The notes under the pieces were generated by a model. That model was not told where the DNA came from. It did not search any database and was given only the letters and a program-made list of their open reading frames with translations. Shown piece by piece: positions 36,252 through 48,542 of a stretch of DNA of 64,000 nucleotides. A program made the position numbers and the translations under genes. Source of the stretch: Leptogorgia sarmentosa (Eukaryota). Within the stretch, counting starts at the first letter, position 1. Every line of letters starts with the position of its first letter. The stretch is taken from positions 23,560,001 through 23,624,000 of the forward strand of contig OZ210885.1 in the NCBI GenBank assembly GCA_964658305.1, read 5' to 3'.

Positions 36252-37535
36252 TGAAATGCTGAAGCGAGAAAGAAAGGCAAATGTCTTTATATAATATCGC
36301 CTTATTACGTTCTAGGCTGGGTGTGGTTCAGCCAATAAATAGTCCCGTATTCAATGATGTTTTAGTTAATGAGGACAAGGTCGAAGACAAAGACAAGGAC
36401 AAGGACTGAAGGACAATGACTGTAATGTTCTCTCTGATGAAGAGCTTTGTTTAACTTTCACCTTAATTTTGCTATTTTATTCATTAAATTCTATACTTAT
36501 TTAACCTTATAAACCTAATACGCCTGTACTTACCATTCTGGGTAATGACTAGATTAGAAAATTGCGCTTTTAGCAAGAGGAAGCATTTGGTTTTTCGGTT
36601 ATCATTAAAAAATAACAACAACAATAGCGTTGAAATAAGTCCAATAGTAGCCTTAACCTTAGGAAGACTATATTAGTCACGTAGACAAGCAAGACTAGTG
36701 ATATAATAAGCAAACTTTCAAAAATACATCATGGATGTCCTAGTACCAAAACAAGTGCCATAATTTCAGACTACAACTTGGCCTCTTTCTTGATTTACAA
36801 CATTTTAATCTCCAGCAACGATTTATATTTTCTATTCTAAGATTGATGCTTTGACGGAAAGTGTCGAAAACGATAGTCTTGCATATGATTTCATCAAACA
36901 TGCTAGACTTCTAGTACTGCAGTGCACATACAATTTTGCAAAAAAAATCGGGTATTTTTCATAGTATACATTGAAAAAGAAACAAAAAAGCTCATCACTG
37001 CTGAGAAGGAACACATTAACTATTATGCAAGCATGTTCTCGAATAATTATAAATGTTATGGACTTGAAAAAACGTCGAAAACAACTTACCTTACTCAGAT
37101 CATGTTACAGCCGCCATTACACGAGGTCTGCTATTGACTTACGCCATTTGTGCTCAGTAGGGACCTGGAATAAACTAATTAGAGTACTTTCCAAAATAGT
37201 TACGCCATTTTTGTTCTTAGACATAGGCTATTTTGCAATACCATTCTCTTCTTCATTTTATACGCCATTTTTATCCAAGCAAATATTATGCTAATTATGC
37301 GCCCGGCAAAAAAAACCATAACAGCATCAGATTCAGAAGGGTCTTTTACCCTATATACGACAAAATTCCCCAAATCACAAAAAATCGACTTACGCCATTT
37401 TTGCACCTCACCGACGATATGCACTTTAGATTTTATACAATTATTATTTATACAATTTTACAGTATTAATGATTCAGCCACAAACTTTACAATTTTACAA
37501 TATTAAGTACAAAATTATTCAGTCATTAACCTAAA

Positions 37536-37802
37536 CTATTTGCAGTTCATGCAATGGAAAGAGGTATTTGCGCGAACAGTTTTTGGGACCTTGTCACACG
37601 ATCTATGAAACCAACCCGAGCATCCTGAGCATTCTATCATGAATTGGCCTTCCACATATGGCATCCTGCAATGGCAAAAAAGTTCTTCTGTCTCTTCCAC
37701 TCCTGCATGAATAACACAACTGGACTGTGTTGATGGAAACACAGGCAATTCATCACACATGAAGCACATTCCTAGGTGTTCTCTCATCACACTCTGGTCA
37801 TA
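37536..37802 (-). pseudogene. C-terminal Ulp1-tail and PHD finger remnant of a TE gene
   Basis: YDQSVMREHLGMCF....PVFP...LFCHCRMP...MIECSGCSGWFHRSC...FHCMNC. The architecture parallels the end of the MULE protein. Confidence 0.7.
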
Positions 37803-38106
37803 GGCAGTGCTTCCATTTCCGAACTTGGTAATTTCCTTATTTTTTCCTTTTTTTTACTGGAATTTCCTTCAAAAAATATAAAAAATTCCTTCAAATTTCC
37901 TTCTCGAAATCAGTGCTCAACAAACTCTCATCGAAGAAAGTGTGTAATTTACTATAAATTATACACTACTTACAGCCAATTTTAACCAATGTTTAGTGAC
38001 AAATATGAAGAAATTAGGAACTAATACATCGATCAAGGTTTTGTAGCTACATATGACATGTCATCGTAAGAAAAATTTCAGAAATGCCACATTTCGTAGG
38101 CAGAAT

Positions 38107-38356
38107 TACGGTGGCCCACAAGTGTCATGTCAACATTTTATTTTGAGTTGGAAAAAACTTTTTTTCATGAAACAATTCTATATTTCGGAGCACCAATTAT
38201 TACTCTTTTTATTCACGACAAAACTTTCGGTTGTGACAAAATTTTCTCTTCTGACAAAACTTTTGGTCATGACAAATATTTCTCTTCTGACAAAACATTT
38301 GCTCATGACAAAATTTTCTCTTCTGACAAAACTTTTCCTCATGACAAAATTTTTCC
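38107..38356 (+). mobile_element. Probable IS3EU left terminus with 18/36-bp subterminal repeats
   Basis: TACGGTGGCCC start (TAYGG-type end) and repeated TGACAAAATTTTCTCTTCTGACAAAACTTT, upstream of the integrase. No right end was found. Confidence 0.5.
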
Positions 38357-38402
38357 AATACTATTTTGTAACCATTTCGCCAAAGAAACCAAATGCTAGA
38401 AC

Positions 38403-39550
38403 ATGGCGGATGACGCTAACGCAGTCAATGAAGAGGATCTCATAAAGTACTACTTTTTCCGAGGTTATCAATACAAAGAAATTTTACGGTTTCTGTCCGA
38501 GTATCATGGTATATCTATAAGCAAAAGCACGTTACAGCGTCGTCTAAAATTTTACAATATTAGTCGAAAACATGCAGAATACGATGTCGATGTTGTTGTG
38601 AACGAGATAAGGACTCTGTTAGATGGGCCAGAATGCATGGGTGGATATAGGTTTGTATGGCATATGTTAAAGATGAAAGGCCATCAAGTTCCTCACAAAG
38701 TTGTGCAAATTCTTTTGAGTCAGCTTGACCCAGAGGGCTGTTATTTACGAAAACGGCATCGACTAAGGAGAAGACTATACCGAAATGAAGGACCAAACGC
38801 TGCATGGCATGCGGACGGTTATGATAAATTAAAAGCCTATGGGTTTGCTGTGCACGGGTGTATTGACGGCTGGAGCCGTAAGGTACTGTGGTTGCTAGTC
38901 ACAAGGTCGAATAATTATCCCGATAACATCGCATCATATTTTTTGGAGACCGTTGAAAAATATGGAGGGTGCCCAGTGAAGGTTTATACTGATTTGGGAA
39001 CAGAAAACAGTACCATGGCGGCAATCCAAAGCTTCTTTCGTAACGATGACGATGCCCATTGTTATTGTTCTTCGCCGAGGAATCAAAGGATTGAAGGATT
39101 CTGGTCTTTTCTTCGACGAGGACGTACAACATGGTGGATAAATTTTTTTAGGATGTTGTGGAAGAATATAACATAAATAGGGATCCTGGTTTTCAAAGAG
39201 ATTGCTTGTGGTTTTGTTTCTCGGAATTGTTACAAAATGATTTAGACAGATTCGTTGAATACTGGAACACCCATACGATCAGAAAATCTAGAAACGATAC
39301 CGTTTCAGGAACGCCAAACGCTTTATATTATTTGCCTGAACAATATGGTGGAACAGCCAACCTTCTTTTGAACGTTCCTCATTGTGAAATTGATTACGCA
39401 AAAAATAATCTAATTGAAAAAGAAGAAGATATAGTTCACTTTGAGTATTTGGAGTATTTGATGAACACATGTGAATATTCAAAGCCCACAAACTGGAGAG
39501 AAGCCTTGGAACTTCTAAAAGAACTAATTCAGGCCTCTGGTCAGCAATAG
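38403..39550 (+). pseudogene. IS3EU-type transposase (Clr5-like HTH plus integrase core), one frameshift near 39155
   Basis: LIKYYFFRGYQYKEIL..ISKSTLQRRL; WHADGYDKLKAYGFAVHGCIDGWSRK; VYTDLGTEN; RNQRIEGFWSFLR; WNTHTIRKS. Confidence 0.88.
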
Positions 39551-40407
39551 TTATCACTATACCACTGATAAATGTGATCAAGATCATTTTAACCTGAATT
39601 TACAAGACGAAAACCAGCCTCGTTTACAACCTCGTTCCCAAGATCTTTCCCCTTCTCTTTCACCGGCAACTCTGTTATATAAAGTGTAATCAAGGTGTGG
39701 TACAGATATTTGTGTAAGTCACTCCAGTATATTACAAAAGAAGCACCTACCTAATAAGTACTGGAAGATCACTCTTGAATTTTTGAAAGTTTAAATGGGT
39801 GTCTACCCGTTAATTTCACCTAATTGAAATTGTTTCTCACCATGCATATGAAATTCAATGATATTAAATTTGATAAACCAACAGCGATTTGACAGTAGAG
39901 TATAATTTTTGTATTACTCATACTAATTTTACAAATCATTCGATGGCCATTGATAATCTGTAAACGTAAAATCTCAACATTAGCTAGCCGATATTATCCT
40001 TTCAAAAAAGAAACTACTTCTATGACAAGCTTTTAAATATTAACTAGAAATATTGCATAAATACAATTTAGTTAAGTTTAATATAAATACAAGGCCCCAG
40101 CTACCGACACCGATGCGCATTAGAGTGACATCTATCAATTCAAGACGCCTTCCAAGTTTTCTCTGATTTTGGAACTTCTTGTATTAGCAGTTTTTGTTTA
40201 AATCATTATAACTATTTAAGTACTGAATCCACTTTGAAATAGCAAAATTTGAAGTCGCTTTCATAGTAATCGGTATCGTGTACTGGGTCCTTAATGTTCA
40301 TAATGCAATCATGCATCAACATTATGGGAAGTAAAACGTAACACAACATAATAAATCAGAACTTCATCAACTAAATCAGATAGGTTCATGTTAAATAGGT
40401 TGACATG

Positions 40408-41836
40408 TCAAGGTTCGCCAAAGCCTTTTGTATTTAAAAAAGCAAACGTTAAAGCTTCTTTGAATTGTTCGAACTTTGTGTGGATGGTTGGCAATGATAA
40501 AATACAAGAGCATGTATTTGCTTTCGGATACTGTGACAATGATCCATCTATTTCCGGTGTATGCAAGAATCGCATACTTAGCTTCAAGCCAAAGGGTGGA
40601 AGCTCCTTACAACCCGATGAGAAAAACAAGATATCATTGAAAGTTACACCGGTTCCACCATCATCAATATCTAGAAGGTAATCGTTCCAATAAGAAAGAA
40701 TTACAGACTCTTTCTGGTACTTATTAGATCCATTCTTACTACGAAAGATATTGAAGAGAGAAGAAAAGGAATCACAATTCAGAATTTCAGGAGTGAAGCA
40801 AAAAGCTGGCCGAAAAGCATCAGGGTTCTCCGTCATGGCTCTTAGTACCCCTAGCACTGACAAACCCTCTTTAAAGCGTTCAAGTGAATAGTTTACTCTC
40901 CCCAACAGGTACCAATGTGCTGTTTCATAAGCCATCTTTATTACATCCTGTACGGAGTTTACTGGCTTTAATGTTCCAGCCAGATCAAGTACAGTCTCAA
41001 TAGCTCGATCACTTATCAAAATTCTTCCCTCATCAAGAGTCTTGCAATTGGTCATTCCAGTGAGAGATGATTTTAATTGGAAATCATACACGTCATTCAC
41101 ATCGAGAGAGGCAGAGCGAGTATCATGTATTATGGAATCATAGACAGCTGGTGCCAAACATCGAAATCCTGGACCACCATGCACAAGAGACATAGCTATA
41201 ATTTCACCGGCGAAAAAGTAGTAATCGTTGGTCTGACAAGACGCATTGCATGACAAGAATTTGGTATTTTCAGAACCAAAAAATATTTGAGAGTTCAACA
41301 ATGAATCGAGAACAAGAGTGAAAAACTCTCGCTTTGGCCCTCCTTGGTCCACAGCACCTTCAGCTGTTCCCAAACCATCACAAAATTTGACAGAGATTTT
41401 GTTTCCAGGAGAAAAAGATTTCCTAGAAAGCCCTCTCACTGCACCCTCCCACACATTACTACGACTTATATTAAATATACATATTTTTTCTAGGTTAATT
41501 GAACTAGCTAACTGTCCAAGTATTTCTGCAAGATTTACTTTGGTGCCACACGCACTGGTCAAATTGTCATTTGTTTGTTCATCTTCTGACTCACTGCTAA
41601 TAAGAGATGGATTCACTTCTTCAAATAACCAAGATGCATATAACAAATCTGCATCAAATAATGATTGTGATGCGTTGGCAGATTGTGATGTGTTTGCAGG
41701 CTGTGATGTGCTTGGAGATTGTGATGTGCTTGGAGATTGCAATGTGCTGGAAGACTGAGATGCGCTGACTGATTGCAATGTGCTGGAAGATTGCGATATG
41801 CTAGCAGAAACATCAACATCAAGTTCACTTCTATAA
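40408..41836 (-). CDS. HECT E3 ubiquitin ligase (G2E3-like), long terminal exon; upstream exons not identified
   Basis: EGAVDQGGPKREFF, AGEIIAMSLVHGGPG, FKEGLSVLGV, ILFFSSG, PKANTCSCILSLP (catalytic Cys), terminal GFG. Probable splice acceptor near 41837. Confidence 0.82.
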
Positions 41837-42047
41837 CTAGGAATCCAAGGATAGTGCAAAGTTTCTAGAAAGATATAGCTAAAGCTGATGTCGCTTGGCG
41901 AGCTGTTGTGATGCGAATTGCCGTCAAAAATCATTCCATGTAACATCAGCTCAAAGAAAAGCCCGATGTAATATAATAAAATAATTTAAAAGATTTTATA
42001 GCCAAAAAAGGAAATCCGCACGTTCAATTTTCGCGTGCTCGACATTA

Positions 42048-42297
42048 AGCCCCGCACAGACGAGCAATTTTTCCTTGACAATTTTTGCTCGACAAGTTTT
42101 ATTTGTTTGTTTGTACGACAAAAAATTAACAAGTTTTCCTTGACAAGGAACTGGTTCAAAAGCTGGCATGATCGGCTTTTGAACCAGGAAAATAATTCGT
42201 GTGTACTGCCAACCAGGAAAAATTGTTTGCCGTACACACGAGAAAATAAAGTTGTCAAGAAATTTGTGAAGGAAAAATTGCTCGTCTGTGCGGGGCT
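42048..42297. mobile_element. PIF/Harbinger-type MITE
   Basis: TIR AGCCCCGCACAGACGAGCAATTTTTCCTT with a TTA TSD on both sides. Confidence 0.88.
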
Positions 42298-44410
42298 TTA
42301 TTTTGCTGAATTTCTGACTTCTGACCTTCACGTTATAATAATAAAACGGAGTGTAAGTGTAACAGCGATTATGCAGTACTTAAAAAGTGTATAACCTGTA
42401 GGATACCTCTGTGTGGTAATAGAAATTCAGTCTATTCACAATTTTAGGCCAACGTTCAATTTACTTTTGTTCGCCTACATATATATAGTTTAATTCTTCT
42501 GCTGCGAAATTGAAGAATCCCTGAGTCGCCACTAATCATGTAAACAATCTAGACAAGCAACCCTATTTTATATCTGTATGATCATGAATCATATCGTCTA
42601 TTAAGTCGGCTAAAATGGATTACAAGGCAAAAGCAAGCAACTGGCTGAATTTGATTGTAGTAAATTATTCTTTTACATTGAATGGGAATATTTCTATAAC
42701 CGCTAGGCTGCGACTATGGCAAGAACAAATGGAAACAAACACGTTCAAATAAATGCGTGAAGCGAATATATCGGCCATTATATATCAATCGTATGAACTA
42801 AATAAGGTTTAAAATTACGGTTTTCTTGTTGTGACAAGTTTACTGTTTCTGATAAGTTAGCATAGTTTCTCGTAAGATATAATAATTTTTGATAAGATTT
42901 TAGCAGTTTCTCTCTCAGTTGAACACGATTTTGCACCGTTGTGCGAGACCCGTGCACAAGGTCCGTATGGATAACACGTGGCTATCTCCTTGCCGTTTTC
43001 CTCGATTACATAAGGCTCGCTGGCAAGTGAAGCGAATGGTGATAACACTTTGGCTATCTCCTCTCTTTTGCTTTTGAAAGCGGCCCTATGACGAGTCAAG
43101 AGGTTTTCATGAATATCGCAAGGTTTGCACTTTGTTCTCTTTGATACTAAGTACTCTGTTCTGTCCCAAGATAACAGTAACACTGATATGACCTTGCCAA
43201 TCATATTCGATATTCGCAGCGTGTTGTGCACGTGTTATAGTTGTTTATGTGATCTTCAGCACGTTATTTAGTTTCACTTAATTTCGAGATTTAGCGCGAG
43301 TCAATCACCTTCAATTACCCAGAGCATGCTTTACACGTGCTATATAGACGCACGACAACCGTGGTGCGCGCGTAGACGCACGTAAAGGTAAAATTTTAGT
43401 AAATGCATCTACTGTAAATTACAGCGCGTTTAGATTTGTGTATAAAAGCAATAAAGGCTGAATTCGAGTTAACGTATTTTTACCGCACGTATAAGAGTAA
43501 ATCCCTCTGTGTTTTATTTCATTAATAAGATTCAAAGTATAAAGAGTCCCCACTTCGAACGAAAAGCCTTCCAGAATTTCCTTACGGGTATTTTGACAGT
43601 TCATTTTCACAATTCACACCAACGTTGATTGGATGTTGATATTACTAAAAGTGTTTCTGATAAAAATGTTGTTAAAAGTGCCTTTTGACACATTTAACAT
43701 CAGAAATAAAAATGAGGTTGCCAATTTTAATTGTTACATCAGCGTTATGTAAACATTCATTATAAATATGTCAGACGAAAGTGCTTTTTGTTTTGGCTTT
43801 TCTATAACTCAAGGCATTAAACACGTCAATAAACACTGTAACGCTATATTCACTCTTACTGATAGTAAAGAAATTGCCACTCTCATAAAAGGATCCATTT
43901 TAAATATAACTAATTAAATCAGTGTTCTTGCGTCCATATCGGAAAATCGATCGATGAGTTCAATCACAAATATATGCAAGTTGGCAAGAAATATATTATG
44001 TGGGAAAGTTTAAAAAACTTTTCCTTCGACATGTCCACTCACATGTAGACTGGTCCATTGAAATTTTGATAACCGTATTAATTATTAGTTTTAAATGGCC
44101 AACCAATCACAAATCATTACCGTGTGATTCTGTGTGGTCTATCTGTAATAGACCACCTCACGGTCTAATTTACAGGCACTTTTAACAGACATAACATCGT
44201 ATTTATCAGATCCACGTTTCGCACGGAACCCTCACTCTCGAATTTTAGAGAGGGCGAACACCCGGGTAGTGGGTATGTCTGTTTTCAACACGGTTTTCAA
44301 GCTAGGTGCCACTTGATTGGTGGAGAGGCCCAGAAAAATAGTCACGTGATATGTCGTGTCTAATATATATTATATGTATGTATATATCAGGGCACTTCAT
44401 GTTTTCGACA

Positions 44411-45624
44411 ATGGCAGCAAGAGGCCGAAATTCGAATTCTACGGAAAAAAAATCTTTAGAAAGCACTAAAAAGGGCCCTGCTCTTGCAGCAGCGACCGCA
44501 CTGTCGTCAGATGATGGATTTACTGCTATTAAAGACGTATTTTCCACTACAACAGGCGGTTCTAAAAACGCAGTAAAGGGAAACCGCGAAGCTAACGATG
44601 GAAGTGGTTCTGAAGGTTCGTTGATTGCGTATGTCCACAACCTCTCACCGGTAAAGAAGAATAGACGGCAGACAATGGACTATTCGACATTAGTATTACA
44701 GACCGAGGAAAAAAGTGTCGAAGCGTTGCTGTATGCGAACAGAAAGAGACCAATTTTCGCCGACAGCGCTCGTAGTCACACTCCGATTAAGATACAACGC
44801 TTTACGAAAACATGAGACGGCAAAAAGGTGATAATCAACGAAATGACAAAAGTTGCCATTGCACAGCAAGGTGACTATTCGTTTCAGTTCCAGGAGCTAG
44901 ACACACTTCAAAGATTTCGTCGATGTAGGAAATTCTAGAATCAGGTGAAGAGTGGGAGAAGGTATCTATTTTAGCGAAAGCAGTCCACGTTGGCGAGACG
45001 ACCGTAGTTGAAGCGAAACAGTTGAAACTGGTTCAGTGTACTTTTGCAGATACTACAGGGTCGATCCATGTAGACATATGGGAAGATAATATTCCTCTAG
45101 TTGAAAGTGGTAAAGTCTTTTCTATGGAGAATCTTCATGTACGCATATGGTCCGGGGTGAAAAAGCTTGGCAGTACGATGCAATCTGTTATCACAGCGAT
45201 GGTAGATGAAAACATCCAGAAGGTTTCGGTTCAGAAGGAAGACATCCAGACCGATTTTCTCAAGACAATAACTGTGTCAGAGATTGCTTTAGTCCAGAAA
45301 GTCGAGTCATCGATCTGTTGCACCAGTTGCTCGAGAAAAGTTCTACAATCAACGAGTTCTAAAATAGTCCACTGCGACAGATGCGGTTGTACGATGAGGA
45401 TTGGTGACTGCAAAAAACAGCTTTCTGCAAAAGTTGAAGTTCATCCCTCTCCAGATGAGCACATCAGTTTAACCATCCATCAAGCTACGTTACAGAGCGT
45501 TATTGAACGTGATGTCGCTTGTTTAAGCGAAGAAGAAATTTCCACGTCGTTATTGTACTTTGAAAATATGGAAATAACCTATAACACCAACACTTTTGTT
45601 GTGACCAGGTTGTTATCACAGTGA
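44411..45624 (+). pseudogene. RPA70-like multi-OB-fold ssDNA-binding protein with a Zn ribbon (stop at 44813, frameshift near 44920)
   Basis: IAYVHNLSPVK; VSILAKAVHVGE..LVQCTFADTTGSIHVDIWEDNI..VESGKVFSMENLHVR; CTSC...CDRC. Confidence 0.72.
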
Positions 45625-46227
45625 ACATTACAATACAGTAAATATACGAAGAACGTCAAAACTTTAGTATATAGCATGAAATGTTGATGTTGTTAAAAAA
45701 GTTATTGTTTTTGACTATATAATAACTTTTTCCTCTTATCGGGCTATGTTTTGAAATTGGCTGTGTGCATGAACTCGTTATGGTCTATAGTATGACAGTT
45801 TGTGTAATTAGCTATTTTTGTTTTTACATGTATTAAAACATTCAAGTTCATTAATAGAAGTTACATCAGTGTTATTGTTTTTGTCGTATTCTTGTTTTAC
45901 TTTGGTCCACTCCGAGACCCTCTTCTGGACTAATTCTCGTGTATTTAAAACTTTACCAGTGAAGGGAATTGTACATGTTTCGATTTTACGAGGACTATTA
46001 CTATAGTATTATAATAATGGAGAAGCGAGTTAAATGTCGAAGCTATGTCATGTGAAGGAATTAGTTATTACTAGAACAAACAGATCCAAACATGTGAAGC
46101 AATCGACAGACAGCGAATAAATAAACACGATGTATGCGTTTTTGCGCAATTGTTGAAATGATGTATTCTTTTTAGTGCAAAGTTTCAAAGAAACTTTGCA
46201 GTATTGTGATGAGTGGCGAAAATTCAC

Positions 46228-46331
46228 ATCAGTCATGTAGTCATGTAGTCATTCAGTCATTCATAGTGTAAACTCCGGGGGGAGCGTCCCAAATTCTCCT
46301 GACATGCGAAACTCGGTACTTGACTGATATC
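46228..46331 (-). mobile_element. Possible Helentron/DINE-1-like 5' end
   Basis: Minus strand reads CAGTCAAGTACCGAG, then a short stem, then a (GACT/GAAT)-type microsatellite. Confidence 0.35.
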
Positions 46332-47281
46332 CTTGAAATGTTTGAACAAAAATGATTCGATTGCAGTTATATATCGTTGCTCATCATTATTTGCAGTTGT
46401 TCTCATTGATATGAAAGTTTGTTAGAAGTGAAATGTGATCAAAGAAGCGCAGAAATACAGTACACAATGGCGGAGGCCCCTCCGGAATTTCAGTTTTTGC
46501 AAAAATTGCAACTCAGTACTTCTATGGAATGAAATTACACAATATGGCGGACGCTATGAGTGGGGCCGTGAATCAGTAATTCACTGACTGTGATGATAAT
46601 ATAATGTTGCCAACATGTCTGAATGCGTTGATAAAGCAGTTAAAATGTTCGTTATATATCAGCAATGAATCTAGAGATTTGAATTAGTAGAAAACTTGTA
46701 TTTGTCATGGACAATTTAGTACTGTTAACAGCCGCCGTGCGTATTTATATTAAAAATTTAGTTGGCCGACATTGCGGGCAAACTAAAATGTGTAACACAG
46801 TAGAACTCGTCATGCACATATTTTAAATTGGTTGATGATAGGCAACATATTTGCGAGCTTTCACATTTATAGCTTTCGTGTTTGTTTTCGCTGTCTCCGA
46901 CTCGACAACACTGGTCAACGGCATCACTAAGCTTGGGCTGTTTGTTTGCCCGAAAATACCGGGGATTTACAGAATTTTCGATACTAAATGAACTAAACCA
47001 CATATAGGCATACAAAAGTAAATTTAACGTTGGCTGATACTGTGAATAAACTGGATATTTTATTAAGACGCAGAAGTAGCGTGTCACATTGTGATTTAAC
47101 TCTTTTAACTGTGTATATAATTTCAAAAAGGTCAGAGGTCAGAGATTTATCTGATTTGCTTTACACGCGCGCTGCTGCGATGGCAGTTGCTTCCAGACAA
47201 TAAAATAGTGATTATTTTCTCGTACACGTCAACAATGTTTCCTTAGTTTTCTTTTGAAAAATATGATTTTAATGTCCTCTA

Positions 47282-47403
47282 AGGCCTAGGTCAAACGTCG
47301 AACTTTTCATGTGCCGAACCTAATGTTAATGAGCCAAGTTCTTTGTTTGAGCTCATTTGCATTAGGTTCAGCGCATGAAAAGTTCGACGTTCGACCTAGG
47401 CCT
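47282..47403. mobile_element. Palindromic MITE (~122 bp)
   Basis: AGGCCTAGGTCAAACGTCGAACTTTTCATG / CATGAAAAGTTCGACGTTCGACCTAGGCCT, flanked by TA. Confidence 0.85.
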
Positions 47404-48542
47404 TAGAAACTTTGCACTATCCTTGGATCCCTAGTTTATATTACGACATTAAAAAAATGAGTTATTTCATGACAACGTAACAACGAGAATATATAAAATG
47501 ATTTAATTCCCCATAATGTTCAGTGACAAGACTCAATTATGGTATATACTAGCTGTTATCTTTCTTAGTACCTAGTTATAATTATTGACATCAGAACCAA
47601 CGATTTACAGAGTATGGTATGCATGTGTTCTTCATTAAGTTAGCAATGCATGTTCTTTACGACGATAAGGATATGCATGTGTGGTTTTGCATGAAGTTCA
47701 TAAATATTGACTTCATGCAGCTTTGCAAAGAATCATCCTTCTGGGTCATGTCTTCAAAAATCTCAGAAGTTTTTATTGTATAGTCATCTTCGGGAAGTTA
47801 AGATCACAGACATATTTACGATCGTGGCGGTATAGTTCTCTTATGTAGTCATTGGTGGCTGGCAGTTGACAGTTGTATTACTGCATAATACGTATAGTCC
47901 AGTAGTGTCATATTCTTGTTTAATTCGGTGAGCCAAGCAGAGTTTGTAATTTATCATACAGCGCAGTCATAGGTTTCGCGATCGCACCATTTTACTGGAT
48001 CTGAAATGAAAATGTATGTTGACTTAGTTTAGTTATTTCCCATGATGGTTTTGTTACTATAGATGGAATTCTATACTAATAAGTAGGTTCTTTTCGACTA
48101 ATTGATTAATTCCTATGAATATGGGTAAATCACAAGCCTACCTTATTAGTTCTGGCTTTCCTTTACAGAAAATCTCAATGAAAACGATGCATGGTTATGA
48201 TGTCACTATAAAATGATAAAAATTGAATTAATTTGAATCATGATCAGGTCCGGGAAACAGGAACTTGAGAGAAAACTGAGACAAAATGAATGAAGTAAAC
48301 TTACCTTTTTGTCACCTTGAAGTCACTTTGGGGAAATCTTCTTTTGTTCCTCGCAAGCGAGGACATCAACCCCTCGAGAAGCAGGGGGCAGGCGGCCATA
48401 TACAATATAATATATTTATGTTGGTGTATGTTGTGTAAAGATTATTATAACTCCTCATTGCAATTTATCCGTAGCTTGATTTTCCTTAACGATTTCAACT
48501 ATTATGGCATTAATTGTTCATATGTTACAAAATTATACATTA

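Larger units (their letters stand above)
33117..37416 (-). mobile_element. Sola1 DNA transposon
   Basis: Imperfect TIRs CGTTGGTGACGCGCAAAAATGGCGTAA / TTACGCCATTTTTGCACCTCACCGACG; ATAT TSD (33113-33116, 37417-37420), which fits AWWT; repeated TTACGCCATTT subterminal motifs. Confidence 0.88.

Noticed and set aside
37803..37817. GGCAGTGCTTCCAT as an IS3EU right end
   Set aside because: Too short, with no partner TIR or TSD identified.
40408..41946. Host G2E3 orthologue
   Set aside because: No PHD/RING N-terminus is visible and it sits in a TE nest beside an integrase. Treated as TE-associated and left without a gene symbol.
41986..42394. Overlapping 90-119-aa ORFs
   Set aside because: They span a palindromic MITE and are non-coding.
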